This document shows positions 15,885 through 22,984 of a stretch of DNA of 64,000 nucleotides, piece after piece (the stretch's first letter is position 1; every line of letters starts with the position of its first letter). The DNA lies in contig HF988637.1 in NCBI GenBank assembly GCA_000434675.1, forward strand, positions 106,141 to 170,140. The letters run 5' to 3'. This DNA is from Faecalibacterium sp. CAG:1138. Its GTDB lineage: Bacteria; Bacillota; Clostridia; Christensenellales; CAG-917. The position numbers and the translations under genes were made by a program. The notes under the pieces were generated by a model, which was not told the origin of the DNA, searched no databases, and saw nothing but the letters and a program-made list of their open reading frames with translations.

Positions 15885-17132
15885 ATGAGAGAGATGAAAG
15901 ACAGCGGAATATCTTGGGTAGGAGAGATACCCAAAGAGTGGAGTGTTTGGCGCAATAAATATATTTTTAAAATAACAAAGGATATTGTTTTGCCAAGCAA
16001 AAGTTACCAACTTTTATCGTTGACTACAACCGGAATAAAAGAAAAAGATGAAAACGATAATGGTGGAAAAGTGCCTGAAAATTATGATGGATATCAAATT
16101 GTTAAAGAAAATGATTTGGTAATGTGTCTATTTGATCTTGATTGTTCGGCAGTCTTTTCGGGTTTAAGCCCGTATAACGGTATGATTTCCCCGGCATACA
16201 AGGTCTTAAAAGTAAAGAAACGTATAGCAAACGAGCAGTATTATAGGTATTGGTTTAATTATGTTGGTTCAAAACGTTTTTATAAGCAATACTCTAAAAG
16301 TTTGAGATTCACGTTAAATGCTGATGAGTTTAATCGCTTATTTTCGCTTTTACCACCGCTTGACGAGCAACAGAGAATTGCGGAGTTTTTGGATAGGGAG
16401 TGCGGGAAGATTGACGGATTGAAAGCGGATATTCAGGCGCAGATTGATACGCTTGAACAATATAAGCGTTCCGTAATTACCGAAGCCGTTACTCACGGTC
16501 TGAATCCGTCCGCCCCGATGAAAGACAGCGGTATTCCGTGGGTGGGACAATTTCCAACTCATTGGACAAAGAAAAAGGGGAAGTATATTCTTCGTTATAT
16601 GTCTAAACCCGTAAAGCAAGATGACGGTGTTATAACCTGTTTCAGGGATGGAGAGGTTACGCTTCGCAGTAATCGCCGAGAAGATGGTTTTACGATGGCA
16701 GACAAAGAAATTGGTTATCAAGGCGTTGATGTGGGAGATTTGGTTGTTCACGGAATGGACGGTTTTGCCGGTGCTATCGGAATTTCGGATTCAAGAGGCA
16801 AAGCGTCACCTGTGCTAAACGTCTTAAATACAAAGCAAAATAAAAAATACATAATGTATTATTTGAGAAGTATGGCGTATGGGGATGTTTTTACGGCTTT
16901 ATCGACAGGAATCAGAGTACGTTCTTGCGATTTGAGGTGGAACAAACTTGCCGAATTGCTATATCCGTTGCCGCCGATAGATGAGCAAAATAATATTGTA
17001 AATTATATTGATGAGCAAATTGCTCGAACAAACGAGATTATCGCGGATAAAAAATCGCAAATCGAAACGCTTGACGGCTACAAAAAATCGCTCATTTACG
17101 AATATGTTACGGGCAAAAAGGAGGTGGGATAA
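15885..17132 (+). CDS. hsdS: Type I R-M specificity subunit S (two target-recognition domains)
   Basis: Duplicated conserved spacer regions 'LPPLDEQQRIAEFLDRECGKIDGL...LEQYKRSVITEAVTHGL' and 'LPPIDEQNNIVNYIDEQIARTNEII...LDGYKKSLIYEYVTGKK'. ATG 15885 follows RBS GAGGTG. Confidence 0.9.
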   Translation: MREMKDSGISWVGEIPKEWSVWRNKYIFKITKDIVLPSKSYQLLSLTTTGIKEKDENDNGGKVPENYDGYQIVKENDLVMCLFDLDCSAVFSGLSPYNGMISPAYKVLKVKKRIANEQYYRYWFNYVGSKRFYKQYSKSLRFTLNADEFNRLFSLLPPLDEQQRIAEFLDRECGKIDGLKADIQAQIDTLEQYKRSVITEAVTHGLNPSAPMKDSGIPWVGQFPTHWTKKKGKYILRYMSKPVKQDDGVITCFRDGEVTLRSNRREDGFTMADKEIGYQGVDVGDLVVHGMDGFAGAIGISDSRGKASPVLNVLNTKQNKKYIMYYLRSMAYGDVFTALSTGIRVRSCDLRWNKLAELLYPLPPIDEQNNIVNYIDEQIARTNEIIADKKSQIETLDGYKKSLIYEYVTGKKEVG

Positions 17133-17133
17133 A

Positions 17134-17484
17134 ATGGATATAAATTTAATGAGCGGTAATTTTTGTTCGGCTGAGCAGTATCATAGAGCCTTAGAAGAAG
17201 CCGAAAAAGAACAAAAACAGCAAAAAATCGAAGAAGAAAGAAAAATAGAAATATTAAATTCGCCGATTGTAGAACAATTGCGATCATTGGTTGAGCAAAG
17301 TAATAAACAAGTCAATGTTTTGCAAGAAGAAAACGAAATACGAAAACAGCAGGTGGCTAAACTTGAAGAAAGCGAAGAAAGAGCCAGAAAGGAAGCAAGA
17401 TCAGCGAAAAATCTCAGCATCATTTCATTTTGCGTGAGTACGGCAATAGCAATTGCTTCGGTGATTGTGTCGATAGTAAAATAA
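17134..17484 (+). CDS. Tail-anchored coiled-coil membrane protein (unknown function) embedded in the R-M operon
   Basis: ATG 17134 lies 1 nt after the hsdS stop (17130-17132). 116 aa: a Glu/Lys/Gln-rich heptad-like region, then the C-terminal TM 'LSIISFCVSTAIAIASVIVSIV'. The track's 17008 start overlaps hsdS and is rejected. Confidence 0.6.
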   Translation: MDINLMSGNFCSAEQYHRALEEAEKEQKQQKIEEERKIEILNSPIVEQLRSLVEQSNKQVNVLQEENEIRKQQVAKLEESEERARKEARSAKNLSIISFCVSTAIAIASVIVSIVK

Positions 17485-17505
17485 AATGAAAGGAGGGATA
17501 GAATA

Positions 17506-18438
17506 ATGTGGTGGGAATGGATGATATTTGCCATTGTGCTTGTGATTGTTCCATTTGGAGTAAAGGGTTTGAAAAAGCTTGCTTTTTCGGAAATTACACC
17601 GACAAAAGAACAAGAGCGTTATGCACGGAATAAAGCTGTTTTATATACGGCATTCTTTTGGCTCTGCGATTTGTTTGGCATGTCTTTTATCATAGACAAT
17701 ATCGCATGTCGCTTTGCGTTTGGCATTATGGTTATGATTTGTATCTTCGCAAATTTAGCAGTGCAACCTGTTGTTGGTGCAAAAGGTTTTTTGTCAAAAT
17801 TGGGGTTGATTGGTGACTTTTTGTGCGGTGTTGGATTTTCTATATATCTGATTTACATAATCCCAAACAAAGATTTGAGAACGGTTGTTTTGGCAATTGT
17901 CGCAGCGGTATATGGCGGAATGATGACTTTGGTCGGCGTTGCGTGGACAATAAAGAAAGGTGACAAAGATAGAAAAGAAGATTTACAGCGACTCGAAAAT
18001 GAACGAAAAGAAGAGGAACGTATAAAATATAGTCCTGTATTCAGCGTTGTGGAAAAAAACGCTGATCCTCAAAAACGAATATTAATTAATTTAAGCACGG
18101 TTGAAAACATAAATAAGATTACTACTAACAAAAAAAACAAGAACAACATCGAACTTTATCCAGTACTCATAGAAAATTCAAGCAAAATAGAGTTTTATGT
18201 GTACGGTTTTTTGTTCGATGGCGTTTTCTATGCGACACAAGAAAAATATCTCATAAAGAAAGATTATGGTTTTTGTGTTTATTTCGATGATGATTTGAGT
18301 TTTACATGCGAACATAAGATGGCTATTTGTGTAGAGGATTTGATAGAAAACAAATACGAGGCTGAATTAAATGGAATCGTTGAAAATAAAACTCTATACA
18401 TACGAGGAAATAAAAAATTGCAATTGATGGGAGCATAA
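17506..18438 (+). CDS. Polytopic membrane protein (about 5 N-terminal TM helices + ~140-aa soluble C-terminal domain), unknown function, embedded in the R-M operon
   Basis: RBS AAAGGAGGG (17489-17497) precedes ATG 17506. Stop 18436-18438 lies 1 nt before the hsdR ATG 18440. No recognisable catalytic motif. Visibly more AT-rich than flanking hsdM/hsdR. Confidence 0.6.
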   Translation: MWWEWMIFAIVLVIVPFGVKGLKKLAFSEITPTKEQERYARNKAVLYTAFFWLCDLFGMSFIIDNIACRFAFGIMVMICIFANLAVQPVVGAKGFLSKLGLIGDFLCGVGFSIYLIYIIPNKDLRTVVLAIVAAVYGGMMTLVGVAWTIKKGDKDRKEDLQRLENERKEEERIKYSPVFSVVEKNADPQKRILINLSTVENINKITTNKKNKNNIELYPVLIENSSKIEFYVYGFLFDGVFYATQEKYLIKKDYGFCVYFDDDLSFTCEHKMAICVEDLIENKYEAELNGIVENKTLYIRGNKKLQLMGA

Positions 18439-18439
18439 A

Positions 18440-21421
18440 ATGAATAATATACTCACAGAAAAAGAATATCAGCGGTTTATCATAGATAAGCTCGTTGCTG
18501 AAAACGGCTACGTAGAGCGGAAAAACGTGAAGTTCGACCGTAAGTTTGCTATCGACCGTGAAATGCTGTTCAAGTTTCTTGACGATACACAGCCCGAAGC
18601 GATGGCGCAGATTCGCAAGGTGTATAAAGACGTTACCGAAGATACGGTGGTGAACTTTATCAATACCGAAATCACGAAAGCGAAAAGCAGTCTGTTATCC
18701 GTATTAAAACACGGCGTGGAAATCGCGGGGTATAAGTTAGACCTTATGTATACCAAGCCCGCAACGACTTTCAATAAAGACTTGCTTATAAAATACAATA
18801 AAAATATCTTTTCCGTAATGGAAGAAGTGTGGGCGAGTGATACCGAGAGAATCGACCTTGTGGTTTTCCTGAACGGCTTTGCGATTATGTCGTTTGAACT
18901 CAAATGCAATTTTGCGGGGCAGAGCTATCAGGACGCGATTTTGCAATACCGCACGCAAAGAAACCCGAAAACGCGGTTGTTCTATTTCAAGGCGGGGTGT
19001 ATCGTCAACTTTGCAATGGACTTGGAAGAAGTGTATATGACGACGCGCCTTGCGAACGACGGCACGTTCTTTCTGCCGTTCAATATGGGTAGCGGCAACG
19101 GTATTGACGCGGGCAAGGGCAATCCCGTTTATCCCGACAAATATTCCGTCTATTATATGTGGGAAGATATACTCAAAAAAGATACGGTGTTAGACCTTAT
19201 CTCGGAGTTTATCTTTATCGAGCGCAAGGAAGAAACGGACGAAGTAACGGGCAAAACCACGGTAAAAGAAAAGGTGGTTTTTCCGCGCTATCATCAACTT
19301 GACGTGATCCGCAAAACGATAGCGGACGTGGAAGTCAACCGCACTTCGCAAAACTATCTGATACAGCACAGCGCGGGTTCGGGCAAAACGAATTCCATTG
19401 CGTGGCTTGCACACAGGCTTTCTTCGCTTCACGACGAAGAAAACAAAATCGTTTTTGATAATATCATCATCTGCACCGACCGCGTGGTGGTGGACAGGCA
19501 GTTGCAGGACGCGGTGCGCGGTATCGAACACAAGACGGGGCTTATTAAGGTGATGGACGATAAATGTTCGTCGGCAGACCTTGCTCTCGCGCTTCAAAGC
19601 AATATCAAGATTATCGGCACGACGATACAGAAATTTCCGTATATCGTGGACACGGTGAGAAATCTGAAAAACAAGACTTTTGCCGTGATTATCGACGAAG
19701 CGCATTCTTCCACCGCCGGAAAAGATATGGCGGCAATCACGATGACGCTCGGCGCGGGCGAAGTGGATTTTGAAGAAGGCGTTATCGATACGCAGGATAT
19801 GATTGCGGACGAAATCCGTCGCAACGGCAAGCAAAAGAACGTTTCTATGTTTGCCTTTACCGCAACACCGAAAGCGACTACTCTCGACTTGTTCGGCAGA
19901 TTGAACGCAAAAGGGCAGAAAGAAGCCTTCCACTTGTATTCGATGAAACAGGCGATAGAAGAAGGTTTTATTTTAGACGTGCTTGCCAACTTCACCGAAT
20001 ACAATACGTATTATCGGCTGAACAAAGAGATCTCGGAAGATCCGAAGTATAAGACGGCGGAAGCCAAAAAGCAAATCGCGCGGTTTGTGGAACTGCACGA
20101 AACGAATATCGCGCAAAGGGTGGAAGTGATTGTCGAACATTTCCGCACGACGGTTTTATCTGAACTCGGCGGAATGGCAAAGGCAATGGTGGTAACGGCT
20201 TCCCGCGCAAGTGCGGTGAAGTACCGACAGGCGTTTGAAGATTACGTTACCAAGAAAGGCTACGCGGGTATTCACGCGCTTGTGGCATTTTCGGGAAAAG
20301 TAAAACTGCCCGACGACGAAGCGGAATACACGGAAACGCTTCTGAACGGATTTTCGGAAGATAAACTGCCTAAAAAGTTTGATTCGGACGATTACAATGT
20401 TTTGCTTGTGGCGAACAAGTATCAGACGGGCTTCGACCAACCGAAACTTTGCGCAATGTACGTTTTGAAGAAGTTGCGCGGGGTGAACGCGGTGCAGACG
20501 TTGTCGCGCCTGAACCGTATCTGCCCGCCGTTTGAGAAAAAGACGTTTGTTCTCGATTTCGTGAATACATACGACGATATTGTCAAGGCGTTTGCGCCGT
20601 ATTATACCACGACGTTGCTTGCAAATTCGGTTACGCCGACGGCGGTATACGACTTGGAAGCGAAACTCGACGGATATATGATTTTAGATCCTTACGACTT
20701 GAATATGGCGGCAGAGATTATCTACAAAAAGATTATCGAATCAAAGGACAAAAATCAGTTGCGTTTCTATCTGCAACGCGCCGAGAAAAAGCTGAAAGAA
20801 TACGAATTGATGAAACAAATCGAGATAATGGCGGTCGTGCGGCATTTTATCCGGTTCTACGAGTTCCTGATACAGGTATCGTGTTTTGAGGACGTGGAGC
20901 TGCATAAAAAGTATTTGTTTTTGACTTATTTCGTGTCGTTCGTAAATATTTCTCAGCCGGGCGGCGGTTTCGATTTATCAGGCAAGATAAAAGCGGACAA
21001 CTTTATCCAAAAGAAAGGCGAAGAACATAAAACAACCAAAGTTACGCCCGATCCGATCGTAAAACTGCCGACGGCGGACGACTTTAATCTGAACGAGGAC
21101 AAAGTAAAACGCCTTTCGGAGATTATCGACGAAATCAACAGCAAAACGGGCAAAACCTACGATAACGACGTCGTAATCAAGGCAATGCTTCAAATCAAAG
21201 ACTTGATGATGAAGTCCGAAAAACTGCGCGAGAGTGCGAAAGCAAACACGGAAAGCGACTTTGCGTTTTCGTATTTCGACGGTATCGACGACGCGCTGAT
21301 CGAGGGACTTTCGCAAAATCAGGACTTTTTCTCGTTGCTTCTTTCTAACGACGAAATGAAGAAAGAGGTTCTTGGTATCTTCGTCAGCGAGATTTACAAG
21401 AGCTTGAGAGAAGATAAATAA
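18440..21421 (+). CDS. hsdR: Type I R-M restriction subunit R (nuclease + SF2 helicase/translocase)
   Basis: N-terminal PD-(D/E)xK-like 'RIDLVVFLNGFAIMSFELK'. Helicase motif I 'QHSAGSGKTNSIAW' and motif II 'VIIDEAHSS'. 993 aa. Confidence 0.92.
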   Translation: MNNILTEKEYQRFIIDKLVAENGYVERKNVKFDRKFAIDREMLFKFLDDTQPEAMAQIRKVYKDVTEDTVVNFINTEITKAKSSLLSVLKHGVEIAGYKLDLMYTKPATTFNKDLLIKYNKNIFSVMEEVWASDTERIDLVVFLNGFAIMSFELKCNFAGQSYQDAILQYRTQRNPKTRLFYFKAGCIVNFAMDLEEVYMTTRLANDGTFFLPFNMGSGNGIDAGKGNPVYPDKYSVYYMWEDILKKDTVLDLISEFIFIERKEETDEVTGKTTVKEKVVFPRYHQLDVIRKTIADVEVNRTSQNYLIQHSAGSGKTNSIAWLAHRLSSLHDEENKIVFDNIIICTDRVVVDRQLQDAVRGIEHKTGLIKVMDDKCSSADLALALQSNIKIIGTTIQKFPYIVDTVRNLKNKTFAVIIDEAHSSTAGKDMAAITMTLGAGEVDFEEGVIDTQDMIADEIRRNGKQKNVSMFAFTATPKATTLDLFGRLNAKGQKEAFHLYSMKQAIEEGFILDVLANFTEYNTYYRLNKEISEDPKYKTAEAKKQIARFVELHETNIAQRVEVIVEHFRTTVLSELGGMAKAMVVTASRASAVKYRQAFEDYVTKKGYAGIHALVAFSGKVKLPDDEAEYTETLLNGFSEDKLPKKFDSDDYNVLLVANKYQTGFDQPKLCAMYVLKKLRGVNAVQTLSRLNRICPPFEKKTFVLDFVNTYDDIVKAFAPYYTTTLLANSVTPTAVYDLEAKLDGYMILDPYDLNMAAEIIYKKIIESKDKNQLRFYLQRAEKKLKEYELMKQIEIMAVVRHFIRFYEFLIQVSCFEDVELHKKYLFLTYFVSFVNISQPGGGFDLSGKIKADNFIQKKGEEHKTTKVTPDPIVKLPTADDFNLNEDKVKRLSEIIDEINSKTGKTYDNDVVIKAMLQIKDLMMKSEKLRESAKANTESDFAFSYFDGIDDALIEGLSQNQDFFSLLLSNDEMKKEVLGIFVSEIYKSLREDK

Positions 21422-21509
21422 TTTCGGATATCGCAGCATTTTTTCGGCTGCCGAGTGCAAAAATATAATTAAAATGATTTGGAGGAAAATATGTCAAACC
21501 GAATAGCAA

Positions 21510-22361
21510 TTGTGTGGGATTTTGACAGGACCTTTATATGTTTCTGAACGGATGAAAGAAATACCGGAATTTCAGGAAAATCAAAAATTGCTAGATGAAC
21601 TTGGTATTGCAACCTATAATTATTTTAATGCTGTCTATGTTTTGAACAAAAAAATAGATTCAGATAGAAATAAATTCTTTTCAAAAAAATATATAGAAAA
21701 AATGGATGAATATGCAGATAAAGGACTGCTGCTTTATTTTCTTGAAACTCCGGATATTGATTTGCTTGATGAAGAATTGACGGAAAATTATTTAATTGAC
21801 ACTTATTTATATAATGATTGTCTTGGTTTCAAAATAATGCTTGATAGATATGTAAGCATACTTAATCCAAGCCCTATTATGCGAAGGAAGAGTGAAGATA
21901 TAATTGTAGCTATTAATCTTTTGAACGAAGGTTGTTACCGTTCAGCAGCCAGAAATATTTTTGCTTTATTAGAAAGTGAACACAAGCGTTGTGCAAATGC
22001 GTTTGAAGGATATTTTACAAAAAAGAAAGAGTATAGAAAGGGGCATGAGCGAGCAAATAAGATAAAAGATTTATTGGATAAAATCAGTATAGAATGGGAA
22101 CAGCATAGTTGGGAAAAAATTAATAATTACTATAAAAAGATTTTCGCTAATGACAAGATTGAAGATATTTGTTTTAGGAACGGTATTGTTCATGGAGATT
22201 ATTCAGAAGATGCCATTGATACTAACGCCGTGGAAGTCGGTAAGTTAGTTTTATTGTGGCTAAATTTAAGATTGTTAGCGGACAGTTTAAGTATTTTTGA
22301 AGATGGCTACAACAGTGTGCTTTCCTATTTAACGGGATGGGCAATAGACCAAGAATCTTAA
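21510..22361 (+). CDS. Putative HEPN-like protein (Rx4H motif); 5' end uncertain (possible frameshift or upstream mini-ORF)
   Basis: 'ICFRNGIVHGDY' gives R-x4-H near the C-terminus of a mostly helical protein. The only strong RBS (GGAGGAAAAT) serves ATG 21491, which opens an 18-codon ORF 'MSNRIAIVWDFDRTFICF' in another frame (21491-21547). Alternative in-frame start: ATG 21552. Confidence 0.4.
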   Translation: MCGILTGPLYVSERMKEIPEFQENQKLLDELGIATYNYFNAVYVLNKKIDSDRNKFFSKKYIEKMDEYADKGLLLYFLETPDIDLLDEELTENYLIDTYLYNDCLGFKIMLDRYVSILNPSPIMRRKSEDIIVAINLLNEGCYRSAARNIFALLESEHKRCANAFEGYFTKKKEYRKGHERANKIKDLLDKISIEWEQHSWEKINNYYKKIFANDKIEDICFRNGIVHGDYSEDAIDTNAVEVGKLVLLWLNLRLLADSLSIFEDGYNSVLSYLTGWAIDQES

Positions 22362-22589
22362 TTTAAGGAAAGAAAAAGAGATGAATGCCCCTATAAACGC
22401 CCCTGTAAAAAATATGCATTCAAAAAGTGGGTGACCCCTGAATACACACGGTGGTACATATATTGTTGCTAGGTATGTAACGAATTGCGGTTTAGATAAG
22501 CATCTAATAAATATAGACCCTAAATCTTACACATCAGTATGGTACGACTGTATTGCATTTTATAGACCCCCGTTTTGGACACACGGACA

Positions 22590-22624
22590 CAAGCGAACAT
22601 CAAAAACCCGGGGCTAAAGGGCTA
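22590..22624 (+). repeat. Direct repeat copy 1 (att-like) at the right edge of the accessory region
   Basis: CAAGCGAACATCAAAAACCCGGGGCTAAAGGGCTA; 32/35 identical to the copy at 22685-22719, 95 bp downstream. Confidence 0.8.
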
Positions 22625-22684
22625 TCGGTTTTGAAGAGAGCTTGAGACGCAAGATTGAGATATTACTATATCGCAATAAAGGCG

Positions 22685-22719
22685 CAAGCGAACATCAAAA
22701 ACCAGGGGCTAAAAGACTA
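22685..22719 (+). repeat. Direct repeat copy 2 (att-like)
   Basis: CAAGCGAACATCAAAAACCAGGGGCTAAAAGACTA. Confidence 0.8.
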
Positions 22720-22741
22720 AAAAACAAAACAACAATCAATT

Positions 22742-22768
22742 CAGCCGTCCGAAAGGGCGGCTGTTTTT
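22742..22768 (+). terminator. Rho-independent terminator closing the accessory region
   Basis: CAGCCGTCC-gaaa-GGGCGGCTG (9 bp, one G-U pair) followed by TTTTT. Confidence 0.75.
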
Positions 22769-22984
22769 GTGTGTGGAAAGTTTGACTTTATTTTATAGTA
22801 TTTATACATTACCTTATATAAAGACTGAAAACTATTATGACAAATGCGGGTAAAATAGAATACTTTGCACGAAAATCGCCGCAAAAGCAAAATATGACTG
22901 AATTCCACAGAAAAAGTTGAAAAATCGGGTAGGAGTTTTTGATTTTTTGTCGTAGTTAATATTAGCAAGATTTTCGAGGTAAGA

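Larger units (their letters stand above)
10820..22719 (+). mobile_element. Possible integrase-associated defence island (IS21 remnant, tyrosine recombinase, SLOG, Type I R-M, HEPN) bounded by related ~32-bp repeats
   Basis: 'CACAGGCGAACATCCGTAATCCGAGGGCGACC' (10820-10851) matches ~23/32 positions of 'CACAAGCGAACATCAAAAACCCGGGGCTAAAG' (22588-22619). The latter is repeated at 22685-22719. The compositional shift to core DNA follows at ~22.8 kb. Confidence 0.3.

Noticed and set aside
17008-17133. N-terminal extension of the 158-aa ORF overlapping the hsdS 3' end
   Set aside because: It is an alternative frame of a well-supported hsdS conserved region. ATG 17134, with GGAGGTGGG upstream, is the natural start.
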